Shown piece by piece: positions 26,069 to 36,871 of a stretch of 64,000 nucleotides of DNA. A model generated the notes under the pieces. It was not told the DNA's origin. It saw only the letters and a list, made by a program, of their open reading frames with translations, and did not search any database. The stretch comes from Nitrospirota bacterium (GTDB lineage Bacteria; Nitrospirota; Thermodesulfovibrionia; Thermodesulfovibrionales; SM23-35). The DNA lies in the NCBI GenBank assembly GCA_013388455.1, contig JACAFF010000040.1, positions 65,990-129,989 of the forward strand, in the 5' to 3' direction. How positions within the stretch are numbered: position 1 is the stretch's first letter; every line of letters starts with the position of its first letter. A program made the position numbers and the translations under genes.

Positions 26069-26431
26069 CAGGAATGCAAATGCAATCCCGTGAAATAATT
26101 AAAGAAGATACGCTCTTCAGCCGGCATATAAAAGGTATAGGTATTTTTTGTCATAAGCTGTCAGTAAAGATGATCATCTCCAGTGTAAAGCCGTGAAGCA
26201 GTTCATTGGAGTTTTTATCAATCATATCGCAGTTTGACAAATATCGCTACTTTCACTACTTTATAATATACTATATCTCCAAATTAAATATAATTTTCCC
26301 CTTACAGTATTATATCCAGGCTACTTGTTTTCACTAAATAAATCAGAATTCCCATTGCTAATCTTTGTTTTACTTTCAGCTTGACATGGATAATCATTCA
26401 TGAGTTATGATTTATTGCAGGATATGGAGCG

Positions 26432-26875
26432 ATGAAAAAAGAAATTAAGGTATTAGTTATCCACGGCCCGAATTTAAATCTTCTCGGCAGAAGAGAAAAG
26501 AATATTTACGGTACCAAATCTCTTAAAGCTATTAACAAGGATATCGAATCACTTGCCGGTGAACTCGGTATCAATGTCAAAACAGTTCAGTTTAACAGTG
26601 AAGGAGAAATACTGAACGCCATCCAGAAAGACGATTATGATCTTTTGATAATAAACCCTGCTGCATATACCCATACCAGTTTAGCTATAAGGGATGCTAT
26701 TGCAGCAGTCGAAAAACCTGCCATCGAAGTTCATATCTCAAACATTCATAAGCGCGAAGAATTCAGGAGAAAGTCTTTCATCTCAGAGGTTGCAGTCGGC
26801 CAGATAAGCGGCTTCGGCCATGAAAGCTATTTACTCGCTCTAAGAGCTGCAAAAAGCATCCTGTCTGGCAGATGA
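26432..26875 (+). CDS. aroQ: Type II 3-dehydroquinate dehydratase
   Basis: VLVIHGPNLNLLGRRE..IYG and INPAAYTHTSLAIRDA motifs. Confidence 0.95.
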   Translation: MKKEIKVLVIHGPNLNLLGRREKNIYGTKSLKAINKDIESLAGELGINVKTVQFNSEGEILNAIQKDDYDLLIINPAAYTHTSLAIRDAIAAVEKPAIEVHISNIHKREEFRRKSFISEVAVGQISGFGHESYLLALRAAKSILSGR

Positions 26876-26902
26876 AAATCTTTTCAATCTCTTTTCTATC
26901 TT

Positions 26903-27985
26903 ATGAGCAGGTCTATCATGAATTTCTATATAGAAAGACTGCATAATCTAAGAGAACTACTCGGGAATAAAGCTGAAGGTTTTCTTGTCACAAACATTAT
27001 AAATGTCAGATATCTGACTGGATTTTCTGGCTCTTCAGGATTTGTTTTTATTACTAAGAAAGCAAACGTATTTATCACGGATTTCAGATATAAAGAGCAA
27101 TCATTAAAAGAAATCGTTGGGTGGGATATCGTAATTGAAAAAGGGGACAGAATACAAACAATTCAAAGGCTTCTAAAACAGCTTAATATTAAAAATCTCG
27201 GATTTGAATCTTCAGTTACATTTGAGTTTTATAAAAATTTATTAAAAATAGGAACAATACTAAAACCACTGAAAGGACTGGTCGAAAAATTACGCACTAC
27301 AAAAGATAAGAATGAAATAGCCTCTATACGTAAAGCTTTGAAACGAGCAGAAATTGCTTTTCTTGAAATCAAACCATATATAAGACAGGGGATAAAAGAA
27401 AAATCAATAGCTTTACGGCTTGAAGAAAGACTTAAAAAAATAGGCTGTAGCAGAATCCCGTTCGAGATAATTGTTGCCTCAGGCAGGAATTCATCTATGC
27501 CCCATGCGAAACCTTCTGAAAAAAAATTACAACCCGGGGATCTGGTCATAATAGACTGGGGTGGAGAGGCGGATGGTTACTTTTCTGATATAACAAGAAC
27601 CTTTCTTATAAAAGGAAAGAATCTTCAAAGGAAAAAAGAGATTTATAAAATCGTGTTAGATGCAAATAAAAAAGCACTTTTTCATGTTTCACCAGACAAA
27701 TATTGCTCAGAGATAGACAATAAAGCAAGAGAGGTTATTAAAAAGGCCGGCTATGGAGAATTTTTCGGACATGGAACCGGTCATGGACTTGGCCTACAAA
27801 TACACGAATTACCACGTATAAGCTGGAACACTAAAGAAAAGATTAAAAAAAATATGATCTTTACCATAGAACCGGGAATCTATATCCCAGATTTTGGTGG
27901 TGTAAGGATTGAAGATATGGTATTGGTAGGTGAAAAACATTCTGTTGTTTTGACATCACTTCCAAAAAGATTGGAAATCATTTAA
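26903..27985 (+). CDS. Xaa-Pro aminopeptidase / M24 family peptidase
   Basis: Creatinase_N-like N-terminus. M24 metal ligands DWGG..DGYFSDITRT, HGTGHGLGLQIHE, EPGIY, RIED. Confidence 0.9.
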   Translation: MSRSIMNFYIERLHNLRELLGNKAEGFLVTNIINVRYLTGFSGSSGFVFITKKANVFITDFRYKEQSLKEIVGWDIVIEKGDRIQTIQRLLKQLNIKNLGFESSVTFEFYKNLLKIGTILKPLKGLVEKLRTTKDKNEIASIRKALKRAEIAFLEIKPYIRQGIKEKSIALRLEERLKKIGCSRIPFEIIVASGRNSSMPHAKPSEKKLQPGDLVIIDWGGEADGYFSDITRTFLIKGKNLQRKKEIYKIVLDANKKALFHVSPDKYCSEIDNKAREVIKKAGYGEFFGHGTGHGLGLQIHELPRISWNTKEKIKKNMIFTIEPGIYIPDFGGVRIEDMVLVGEKHSVVLTSLPKRLEII

Positions 27986-29515
27986 CCCTGCATACGGAGT
28001 TTTTGCTGCACAATCTCGGTGACACTCCTGAAATCTATCTTTCCACTTCCCATTCTGGGCAGATCTTCAAGCACAATAAATTGTTTAGGAAGTGCAATAT
28101 TTGGTAAATGTTCAGACATCTTTTTCAAAATCTTTTTTTCGTCTATCTTTTTGGTAACAGCAGCAACTATTCTAACACCCTTAAGTGCATCAGGAACCTC
28201 AACCACTGAACAGAAAACACCCTCAGGAAGATTTTTTTCGAGCATATCCTCCATATCCTCTACCTTAACAAGTGAAACCATCTCACCTCCAATCTTGACA
28301 AAACGCTTTAATCTGCCTGCATGCCAGAGATATCCATCTTTATCAAAAAAAACCCATATCACCTGTATCGTACCATCCATGACGAATACGCATTGAGGTT
28401 TCCTCAAAATCATTCAGATAACCTTTCATTACAAGGTCACCTTTCACCATTATACGACCGACCTCTCCTACTCTACATTCTTTACCTGTTTCGTAATTTT
28501 CAATATATACATTCACATCAGGCAATACAATTCCAACACTGCCAGGCCTATTTCTTTCCGGAGTATTTACGGATATAACAGGTGATGTCTCGGTTGTACC
28601 GTAGCCCTCATAGAGAACAATTCCATGCCTTTCGTGAAACTCTTTTCTGAGAACATCAGGACATTTATCTGCACCACTTACAATAAGACGTAAACTTTTG
28701 AAATCACCCGGTTCTGATTTTCTGAGATAACCCCAGAGAAAACTTGGAGTACCGACCATTACAGTAGGCCGTTCTTCTCTTAATATGGCACAGATCATTT
28801 TGTAGTCAAGAGGATTTGCATATGCAACGATTGTCATACCAAAATAGAGCGGTGTCCATAGGTTTACAGTCAGGCCAAATACATGGAAATATGGCAGATT
28901 AGCAAGCATAATATCACTATCATACATTTTCAGCACATTACTAAAGCTCTTTATGTTTGATGATATATTCCTGTGAGTAAGCTGAACTGCCTTTGGCTCT
29001 TTTTCGCTTCCACTTGTAAAGAGTATTACGATGTTATCATCTTCATTTCCACTATGAATCATCTTGAGTAAAATTGGAATTGGCATTTTTGATTTTATAG
29101 CAGCTTTCAGCTTTTCACTTTTAGTAACTCCTTCCATAATATCTTCAATAAATATCATCCCATCGAGCACAGGGCAGTTAATCTTTTCGAGAAGGGCTTT
29201 GGAGGTAATAATTGTCTTGAAATTACATTTCCTTTGTGCATATACAGCATTGTTTGCAGCTCCAGTAGAATAATTGATCATCACCGGCGTTTTCCCACTC
29301 ATCAAAGTCCCGAGAATAGATAAGGCACAGCCGACAGAAGTAGGAATCATAATTCCCAAGAAACCCTCAGGATATTTCTTAAATTTTTCTGAAAGAATCA
29401 GAGAGGCAATTAGAGCCTTTGAATAGGTAACTCTTTTGTCAGAAGTTCTATCAATAAATGCAATTTTATTCTGATATCTCTTTGCAATCTTCACAAAGTG
29501 TTGGTGTAAAAGCAT
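27982..29515 (-). pseudogene. Adenylate-forming acyl-CoA/acyl-ACP ligase (AMP-binding), split by a frameshift at an A8/T8 tract
   Basis: ORF 28343-29515 ends ...WYDTGDMGFF*. ORF 27982-28413 continues in another frame as FFDKDGYLWHAGRLKRFVKIGGEMVSL.... Removing one base of the run at 28345-28352 restores the canonical W.DTGD......DG.l...GR.K motif. Other motifs: TSGSEKEPKAV, YGTTETS. Confidence 0.8.
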
Positions 29516-29548
29516 ATTAACCTGAAAAATGCAATTAAAATAAATATC

Positions 29549-30916
29549 TTAGAACATCAGATTCAACTGGATGCTCACTATATCAACATGCGCTTCGTAT
29601 GATCCTTTCAACCCTCCTCGTAACATATCTTCGTCAACAGGGTCTTTATCTATCTCAGGGTCATTCACAAACAAGTGAGCATATCCGATATCAAAACCGA
29701 ACATTTTCGATAGCTTATAACCAACACCAAGTGCAGCCCATATGCGGTCACTGTCTGGAATACGCGGCGTCCTGTATTGTTTACTTTTAACAGCCGAAGT
29801 ATCATATGCAGTACCTGCCCTGATTGCAAGATCCCTGATCGGCAAATATGTTACACCAACCGAATAACGGTAATTATCCTGCCAATTCTCAACTGTTACA
29901 TCATTGTCTTGATAAGGATTGTCAGGATTTACAACCAGTTCATCAAAAAGGCTCCAGTTTGTCCATGTGAAATCTGCCATTATCATCCATTGGGAATTAA
30001 ATTGATGGAAAGCACTTATAGAAAAACTATCAGGCAGAGTAATAGTGGCTTCTGCCTCACCATCTTTGAAAATAGGAGCTGGAGTAAGTCCTGCAGGGAC
30101 ATCTTTATAATCAGTATCACCACGCAAAGTGTGTTCAACCCTTGAGCGATAGGCTGCACCGAAGCGAGTCTTTTTAGATAATTCAAAGAGAAGTCCCAGA
30201 TTATATGTCATCCCCCAACTATCACCTTCAAGGCTTACAAATCCATCTGATGACTGAGGAGTAAGTCCAAGTGCTCTTGCAGGAATACCAAGTGGCACGA
30301 AAGCACCAATCGCATCAAGAGTCCCGAAATCAATGGCCTTAGAAAGCCTGGCTTTTAAATATTGAGCACTGAAACCAGCTCCAACACTCAATTGATCAGT
30401 TATCTTATAAGCAATTGATGGATTCATATTAACCGTTATTACCTTTGATTCGAGTGCGTGATAGCGTCCTACCCACCCCTCATCATAGTTTGTAGAAAGC
30501 CCAAAAGGAGAATTGATACCAATTCCCATGGAAAGTCGTTCACTGAATTTCTTGCTGTAATAAAGATTGGGAAGCATTACAGTAACACCACCATTGCCAC
30601 CATCGTCACCAACAAGAGGAGCTCCTGTTATATGAGTTGACCCTTCATTATGAAATTTTGCAGTTGGACTAATTATATGGATACCTAAAATCATCTCCTG
30701 GCCGTCAAGTCGGGTTAAACCTGCAGGGTTATAAAAAATCGTTGTTGCATCTTCTGCAGCCGCAGCACCTCCTGCATAGGCATTACCAAGTCCGCTCACA
30801 CTCTGTTCAACAAGAGCAAACCCTGCACCCAGTGCAGTACTGGATGAGATAAAGATAATAATTCCAATCAGAAATAGAAGATTTCTCGAATGAATATAAA
30901 ATTGTTTTTTCTTCAT
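29549..30916 (-). CDS. fadL: Long-chain fatty acid / hydrophobic compound outer-membrane transporter (FadL/TodX family)
   Basis: Signal peptide. GFALVEQSVSGLGNAYAGGAA N-terminal hatch motif. Beta-barrel periodicity with C-terminal ...IQLNLMF. Confidence 0.85.
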   Translation of the reverse strand: MKKKQFYIHSRNLLFLIGIIIFISSSTALGAGFALVEQSVSGLGNAYAGGAAAAEDATTIFYNPAGLTRLDGQEMILGIHIISPTAKFHNEGSTHITGAPLVGDDGGNGGVTVMLPNLYYSKKFSERLSMGIGINSPFGLSTNYDEGWVGRYHALESKVITVNMNPSIAYKITDQLSVGAGFSAQYLKARLSKAIDFGTLDAIGAFVPLGIPARALGLTPQSSDGFVSLEGDSWGMTYNLGLLFELSKKTRFGAAYRSRVEHTLRGDTDYKDVPAGLTPAPIFKDGEAEATITLPDSFSISAFHQFNSQWMIMADFTWTNWSLFDELVVNPDNPYQDNDVTVENWQDNYRYSVGVTYLPIRDLAIRAGTAYDTSAVKSKQYRTPRIPDSDRIWAALGVGYKLSKMFGFDIGYAHLFVNDPEIDKDPVDEDMLRGGLKGSYEAHVDIVSIQLNLMF

Positions 30917-31066
30917 TAACCCCTCCCTTTTTTAATAATTTTAAATGGGTAACAATACATATCTTAAGAATCAATGTCAAGAAAAAAATACTACATAAGA
31001 TGGAAAAAATTTCAGAAAATGCTAAAATATTACACTTTATAAATGGAATAAACGGAGGTTATTATT

Positions 31067-31630
31067 TTGATATCTACAAGTGACTTTAAGAGGGGAATAA
31101 AAGTTGAATATAAAGGCGATCCCTATGAAATAATTGACTTTCAACATGTAAAAATGGGTAGAGGTGGTGCTATAGTCAGGACAAAATTAAGGAATCTAAA
31201 GACAGGCGCGGTTCTTGAAGAGACTTTCCGTTCAGGTGAGAAAATGGAGAAACCAGGGCTTGAGGAAAAATCTATGCAATATTTATACTCTCAGGATAAC
31301 ATATACTATTTCATGGATTCGGAGACTTTTGAACAGATTCCCTTGATGGAAGAACAATTAGGCGATGCAAAAAAATTTCTCAAAGAGAATATGGAAGTTA
31401 AAATCCTATACCATAAAAATACGCCAATAAGTGTCGAGATACCAACTTTTGTTGAGCTCATCGTTAAAAAAACAGACCCAGCTGGCTTTAAAGGAGATAC
31501 CACTTCAGGAGGAGGAAAACCTGCAATGCTCGAGACAGGGACGATTGTAAAAGTCCCTTTTCATATAAATGAGGGCGATACAATAAAAATTGATACAAGG
31601 ACATCAGAGTACATAGAAAGGGTTAAATAA
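31067..31630 (+). CDS. efp: Elongation factor P
   Basis: TTG start after [50 protein letters not shown] is canonical EF-P. Confidence 0.95.
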   Translation: MISTSDFKRGIKVEYKGDPYEIIDFQHVKMGRGGAIVRTKLRNLKTGAVLEETFRSGEKMEKPGLEEKSMQYLYSQDNIYYFMDSETFEQIPLMEEQLGDAKKFLKENMEVKILYHKNTPISVEIPTFVELIVKKTDPAGFKGDTTSGGGKPAMLETGTIVKVPFHINEGDTIKIDTRTSEYIERVK

Positions 31631-32070
31631 TGGAACTTGAGGAACTAAAAGATTTACTCGAATTACTCAAGGAAACAGATATTACAGAACTTCAGATTGA
31701 AAAAAATGGCACAAAGATAAAAATCAAAAGGGAAAAAATATTATCTTCTATAGAGATACCTCTTCATAAACCTACGGGACCAGTAACACAGGAAAAAGTC
31801 ATTGAAGAGAAAGAAGATGAAACACAAAGGCTTGTAACCGTTACTTCTCCAATAGTCGGAACATTTTACAGATCTCCTTCACCTGAAGCAGATCCTTTTG
31901 TTGAAGTAGGAACCAGAGTCAATAAAGGCCAGGTGCTATGCATAATTGAAGCGATGAAACTCATGAATGAAATTGAGAGTGATGTTGACGGAATCATTGT
32001 TAAGATACTCGTTGAAAATGGACAACCTGTTGAATATGGTGAACCATTATTCCTTATAGAGCCGGTTTAA
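31630..32070 (+). CDS. accB: Acetyl-CoA carboxylase biotin carboxyl carrier protein
   Basis: Biotinyl-lysine motif [10 protein letters not shown]. Followed by accC. Confidence 0.95.
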   Translation: MELEELKDLLELLKETDITELQIEKNGTKIKIKREKILSSIEIPLHKPTGPVTQEKVIEEKEDETQRLVTVTSPIVGTFYRSPSPEADPFVEVGTRVNKGQVLCIIEAMKLMNEIESDVDGIIVKILVENGQPVEYGEPLFLIEPV

Positions 32071-32155
32071 TCGATAATAAAAGGAGATTCAATACTTCTT
32101 CCTTTTTTCCAAAAGGAGGTGGGGAGATTAATAAAAAAATGAAGGTGGTATTCAA

Positions 32156-33520
32156 TTGAAACTCTTTAAAAAAATTCTCATTGCAAATCGTGGTGAGATT
32201 GCTATAAGAATTATCCGAGCATGCAAGGAACTCGGTATAAAAACAGTTGCTATATACTCTGAAATAGATAGAGAGTCTCTCCATGTTAGACTTGCTGATG
32301 AATCTGTTTGTATCGGTCCTGCCAATGCAAGTCAGAGTTATCTAAATATTCCTGCTATACTGAGTGCTGCTGAAATTACTGATGCTGACGCAATCCATCC
32401 AGGATATGGTTTTCTTTCTGAAAACTACCATTTTGCAGAAGCATGTATAACATCAGGTATAACTTTCATAGGGCCAACGCCTGAGAATATAAGGCTTGGA
32501 GGGGATAAAGCTAAGGCCAGACAGACAATGAAAAGAAAAGGAGTTCCTGTTGTTTCAGGCAGCGACGGACCAGTAATCAATGAAGAAATAGCTATAAAAG
32601 TAGCAAAAAAAATAGGATTTCCGATAGTGCTGAAGGCATCTGCTGGTGGCGGCGGACATGGCATGAAGATCGTAAAAGAAGAAAAGGATCTCGAGCAGTT
32701 ATTTTATATGGCACAGAGAGAGGCTTTAACAGCATTTGGCAATAGTGAGATTTATATAGAAGAATTCATTCCAGAAATGAGACACATTGAAGTACAGATC
32801 ATGACAGATAATAAAGGTAATACTATACATCTTAATGAAAGAGACTGTTCAATACAGAGAAGACATCAGAAACTTATCGAGGAATCCCCTTCTCCAATTT
32901 CAACTACTGAAAAATTTAAAAAAAGAATTGGTGAATTGGGCGTTAAAGCAGCAAGGGCTATTAAATACAGGAATGTTGGCACAGTAGAATTTATTGTTGA
33001 CCAGAAAGGTAACATTTACTTCATAGAGATTAACACACGTATTCAGGTAGAACACCCTGTTACAGAGGAAGTCACTGGTATCGATATAATAAAAGAACAG
33101 ATAAAGCTTGCAGCTGGATTACCGCTTGAATTCAAGCAAAGCCAGATAAGACAGTTTGGGCATGCTATCGAGTGCAGAATAAATGCGGAAGACCCTGAAC
33201 GGTTTATCCCATCTCCTGGCAAGATAACATTTCTTGCAATACCAAGCGGTCCCGGTATTAGAGTCGACACAGCTATTTATACAGGTTATGTGGTGCCCGC
33301 ACATTATGACTCATTAATTGCTAAATTAATTGCTCATGGGAAGGATCGTTCAGAAGCAATAGCTAAAATGAAACGGGCACTTGATGAATTCATCATAGAA
33401 GGCGTTAAAACAACCATACCGTTTCATAAAAAGGTTCTGGAGAATCCTGATTTCCTCAGTGGAAATTATAATACAAACTTTTTAGAAAAAATAAATCACA
33501 ACAGCCAAGTGAACAAATAG
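32156..33520 (+). CDS. accC: Acetyl-CoA carboxylase biotin carboxylase subunit
   Basis: [34 protein letters not shown], and [14 protein letters not shown] motifs. Confidence 0.95.
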   Translation: MKLFKKILIANRGEIAIRIIRACKELGIKTVAIYSEIDRESLHVRLADESVCIGPANASQSYLNIPAILSAAEITDADAIHPGYGFLSENYHFAEACITSGITFIGPTPENIRLGGDKAKARQTMKRKGVPVVSGSDGPVINEEIAIKVAKKIGFPIVLKASAGGGGHGMKIVKEEKDLEQLFYMAQREALTAFGNSEIYIEEFIPEMRHIEVQIMTDNKGNTIHLNERDCSIQRRHQKLIEESPSPISTTEKFKKRIGELGVKAARAIKYRNVGTVEFIVDQKGNIYFIEINTRIQVEHPVTEEVTGIDIIKEQIKLAAGLPLEFKQSQIRQFGHAIECRINAEDPERFIPSPGKITFLAIPSGPGIRVDTAIYTGYVVPAHYDSLIAKLIAHGKDRSEAIAKMKRALDEFIIEGVKTTIPFHKKVLENPDFLSGNYNTNFLEKINHNSQVNK

Positions 33521-33521
33521 T

Positions 33522-34136
33522 ATGTTTTTAGATGGTCTGTGTTTTATCACTAATCGTAAAAATAATAATCTAACATGTGAAGAAATGGTAAAGCGTGCAC
33601 TTAATGCCGGAGTAAGATGGATACAATACAGAGAAAAAGAAAAAACAAGACGTGAGATTTATAACATATCAGTCAGACTAAGAAAGATTACACAGGCCTT
33701 TAATGCTGTATTTATCGTTAATGATCATACTGATATAGCATATGCTGTTAATGCAGACGGAGTACATCTGGGGCAGGAGGACCTTCCTCTTATAGAAGCA
33801 CGCAAAATCATTGGCGATAAAAAGATAATCGGTATATCTACTCATACTTTTAAAGAAGCATTAGATGCTGAGAATGGAGGGGCTGATTATATAGGATTCG
33901 GTCCTATTTTTCACACAACAACAAAAGAAGCTGGCATTCCGAAAGGCACCGAAATTCTTCAAGAACTAAAAAGCAAGATAAAGATACCAGTAGTTGCAAT
34001 CGGAGGGATAACCCTTGAAAACATCCAATCAGTAATTAAAACAGGTGTTGATGCAGTTGCTGTTTCATCCGCAATTATAAGCGGTGATATTGAAAATAAT
34101 GTAAAAGCTTTTTATGAATATATTACTGCCAATTGA
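33522..34136 (+). CDS. thiE: Thiamine-phosphate synthase
   Basis: VNDHTDIAYAVNADGVHLGQEDLP, IGISTH, GADYIGFGPIF.T.TK, and VVAIGGI motifs. Confidence 0.9.
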   Translation: MFLDGLCFITNRKNNNLTCEEMVKRALNAGVRWIQYREKEKTRREIYNISVRLRKITQAFNAVFIVNDHTDIAYAVNADGVHLGQEDLPLIEARKIIGDKKIIGISTHTFKEALDAENGGADYIGFGPIFHTTTKEAGIPKGTEILQELKSKIKIPVVAIGGITLENIQSVIKTGVDAVAVSSAIISGDIENNVKAFYEYITAN

Positions 34137-35046
34137 CGGGAGTGATTACTCCAAAAGAGCATTAAAGTTCGCTGGTTTTTTCGTAGCATCATTGGGAAAA
34201 ACTATCGAAAGAATTGGCCTTTTGAGAGTTGTTACAGGACGTTACATGAAAAGTCATATCCCATTTTTTGACTTTCGTTCTGAAATATTGAAACAATCTG
34301 ACTCCTTCAAAAAATTTAAACAGAGGCATATCGACTTAAACATAAAACCCTCACTGGATGAAGGTGAAAAAATACTTAAAGAGGCTGGTATCTCAATCCA
34401 GGTTGAAAAATTTATTTCTGAAGGAGAACCATCAAACGAAATTATTCGTTTAGCAGAGGAAAAAGATTTTTCAATAATTATTATGGCCAGAAGGGGTATT
34501 TCGGAGCTTACAGGAATTATACTGGGAAGCGTTACCAATAAGGTTATACATCATGCGTCAAAACAAACTGTTTATATAGTTGGCCAAAAAATTCCACATG
34601 AGATAACTTGCCCTGTAAGGAAAATTCTTATTCCAGTTGATGGTTCACCTTATTCGATAAAAGGAGTTGAACACGGGGCATTTCTTGCTAAATCATTAAG
34701 CAAATTTATCGAAAATATTACTCTTCTGAGGGTTATCAATCTTGCTTTTTATGAAACAAAACTATTGGAAGGAGTCGATTTAGAAGAAGAGGCAAAAAAA
34801 ATACTTGATGAAGCTAAGCAGATATTGCTCAAAAATGATATCCATGAAGGAATTATTACTATAAAAATACGAGTAGGAAATCCTGCTGACGAGATTTTGA
34901 AGGAAGCTGATGAACACAACCATGATACCATTCTTTTAGGTCGCAAAGGACGTACTGCCTTCAAAGACTTTATTCTCGGAGGGGTTAGTTCAACTGTAAT
35001 GCAGCGATGTATTCATCAGACAGTCGTTATTATAAGCAGCACATAG
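34114..35046 (+). CDS. Tandem universal stress protein (2 x Usp domain)
   Basis: Two repeats of ILLPIDGS.YS..AL ... GSV(T/S)..V ... pattern. Confidence 0.8.
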   Translation: MNILLPIDGSDYSKRALKFAGFFVASLGKTIERIGLLRVVTGRYMKSHIPFFDFRSEILKQSDSFKKFKQRHIDLNIKPSLDEGEKILKEAGISIQVEKFISEGEPSNEIIRLAEEKDFSIIIMARRGISELTGIILGSVTNKVIHHASKQTVYIVGQKIPHEITCPVRKILIPVDGSPYSIKGVEHGAFLAKSLSKFIENITLLRVINLAFYETKLLEGVDLEEEAKKILDEAKQILLKNDIHEGIITIKIRVGNPADEILKEADEHNHDTILLGRKGRTAFKDFILGGVSSTVMQRCIHQTVVIISST

Positions 35047-35067
35047 GAAGGATATAACAAGAACTAA

Positions 35068-36702
35068 ATGAAAAATATATCGCCTCGTGACCAGTGGAAA
35101 ACAAAGATAGGTCTTGTCCTCGCTATGGCAGGAAATGCTATAGGGTTAGGAAATTTTCTGCGTTTTCCTGGAAAGGCAGCTGCAAATGGCGGTGGCGCAT
35201 TCATGATACCATATTTTATTGCCTTAATTATTATGGCTATTCCTATTATGTGGCTTGAATGGGCGCAAGGTCGTTTTGGAGGTATGAGAGGGCATGGGAC
35301 AACTCCTGGGATGTTCCATGTTATTTGGAAAAACCCAATAGCAAAATATCTCGGAGTACTTGGTATATTTATCCCAACAATTATTGTAATTTACTATACT
35401 TATATTGGCAGCTGGACACTGGGCTTCGGGATTTACATTCTTTTAAATGAATTCCCTAAGGTAGACCAGTCTGTTCTGAATAATGGATTGAGCACCCCAC
35501 AGATTGCAGAAACAATTCTTAGACCTTTTGATGAGTTCAGAATTTCATACACTGGAAAACCCTGTGGAGAATTTTTGCAAGTGCAATTTTTCACTTACTT
35601 TATATTTATTGCTGTTTTATTACTCAGCCTCTGGATTCTTGTCAGAGGTGTATCAAAAGGCATAGAGATATTAGCAAAAGTTGCTATGCCCATGCTATTT
35701 TTAATAGCAATAGTTCTTGTCATACGTGTTTTTACTCTCGGACACCCTGTGTCAGGAGAATTTGGACCAATGGATGGATTTTCTTTTCTGTGGGAACCGA
35801 AATGGTTTATCGAAAGAGATGGCAGACAAATATTCGTCTTGTTAGATCCTTACATTTGGTTAGAGGCTGCTGGACAGGTCTTTTTTACACTGAGTTTAGG
35901 GTTCGGGGCAATTCAATGTTATGCATCATATATAAGCAAGAATGATGATGTAGTCTTAACAGGCTTAGCTACCACATCAGCTAATGAATTTGCAGAAGTA
36001 ATCCTTGGTGGTTCTCTCACTATTCCTGCTGCTGCTGCCTTTTTTGGCGTTAGCTCAGCACAGATAATTGCCTCCCAAGGTTCTTTCTATCTCGGCTTTA
36101 CATCTATGCCTGCTATTTTTAGTTTTTTACCAGTAGGGAATGTCTTAGGCTCTTTATGGTTTATCCTTTTATTTTTAGCTGCATTAACATCAGTAGTTGC
36201 AATGGCACAACCAATGATGGCTTTTCTTGAAGACGAGATAAAACTAACACGTCGTCAAGCAGCTATACTTTTAGGTCTATTCTGGTTTTTAAGCAGTCAT
36301 ATCCCGATATTTCTCCGGGGAGGATGGCAGGTGATGGATTTCTGGGCTGGAACTTTCGGCCCTCCTCTTCTGGCGTTTGTTGAGGTCATCCTGATGATGT
36401 GGCTTTTCGGCGCAGATAAAACATGGAAAGAAATACATCGGGGAGCAGTTATGAAAGTTCCACGTTTTTTTTATTATACTGCAAAATATATCACGCCGGT
36501 CTTTTTAGGAATTATTTTTTCAACATGGATTTATCAGAATATTGCGTCTCCTTTCTTTAAAGGAAATACCTCACAAATAGCTCTTGAGGGAGTTGAAATG
36601 GGATGGGCAGTATGGGTTACCCGTCTTTTTTTGATTACAATCTTTATCGGATTGTGTTTTATTATCTTCCTTGTGTGGAGAAAAAGGGAGATTTTAGAAT
36701 GA
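35068..36702 (+). CDS. Sodium-dependent transporter, neurotransmitter:sodium symporter (NSS/SNF) family
   Basis: AMAGNAIGLGNFLRFP and GGGAF.IPY signature; about 11-12 TM helices. Confidence 0.9.
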   Translation: MKNISPRDQWKTKIGLVLAMAGNAIGLGNFLRFPGKAAANGGGAFMIPYFIALIIMAIPIMWLEWAQGRFGGMRGHGTTPGMFHVIWKNPIAKYLGVLGIFIPTIIVIYYTYIGSWTLGFGIYILLNEFPKVDQSVLNNGLSTPQIAETILRPFDEFRISYTGKPCGEFLQVQFFTYFIFIAVLLLSLWILVRGVSKGIEILAKVAMPMLFLIAIVLVIRVFTLGHPVSGEFGPMDGFSFLWEPKWFIERDGRQIFVLLDPYIWLEAAGQVFFTLSLGFGAIQCYASYISKNDDVVLTGLATTSANEFAEVILGGSLTIPAAAAFFGVSSAQIIASQGSFYLGFTSMPAIFSFLPVGNVLGSLWFILLFLAALTSVVAMAQPMMAFLEDEIKLTRRQAAILLGLFWFLSSHIPIFLRGGWQVMDFWAGTFGPPLLAFVEVILMMWLFGADKTWKEIHRGAVMKVPRFFYYTAKYITPVFLGIIFSTWIYQNIASPFFKGNTSQIALEGVEMGWAVWVTRLFLITIFIGLCFIIFLVWRKREILE

Positions 36703-36848
36703 CCTGGCAGGGATGGATTTTTATATGTCTTGCATGGGGTTCTGTGAGCATTATTTTTTTCTATTCGTTCTATCGCATATTATTCAATGACAGGAATCAA
36801 CATGAAAGAAAAAAGAGTGTCAGGGGAAAAGAGAGCATTGACAAATAA
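36699..36848 (+). CDS. Small (49 aa) membrane protein, candidate MetS-like NSS transporter small subunit
   Basis: ATG 36699 overlaps the transporter stop (ATGA). MTWQGWIFICLAWGSVSIIFFYSFYRIL forms a single TM followed by a basic tail. The ORF-track ORF 36603-36848 shares this frame but extends upstream into the transporter gene. Confidence 0.5.
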   Translation: MTWQGWIFICLAWGSVSIIFFYSFYRILFNDRNQHERKKSVRGKESIDK

Positions 36849-36871
36849 AAGTTGAATGAAGTTTTAGAATT

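Noticed and set aside
26069-26431. Long (363 bp) intergenic region upstream of aroQ examined for a riboswitch or ncRNA
   Set aside because: It is AT-rich with no conserved-looking stems or known riboswitch cores. It contains only a weak TTGACA (26381-26386) / TATGAT (26406-26411) pair with a 19-nt spacer, which is too weak to report as a feature.
33480-33540. TPP riboswitch ahead of thiE
   Set aside because: thiE starts 2 nt after the accC stop, so there is no leader region to hold a riboswitch.
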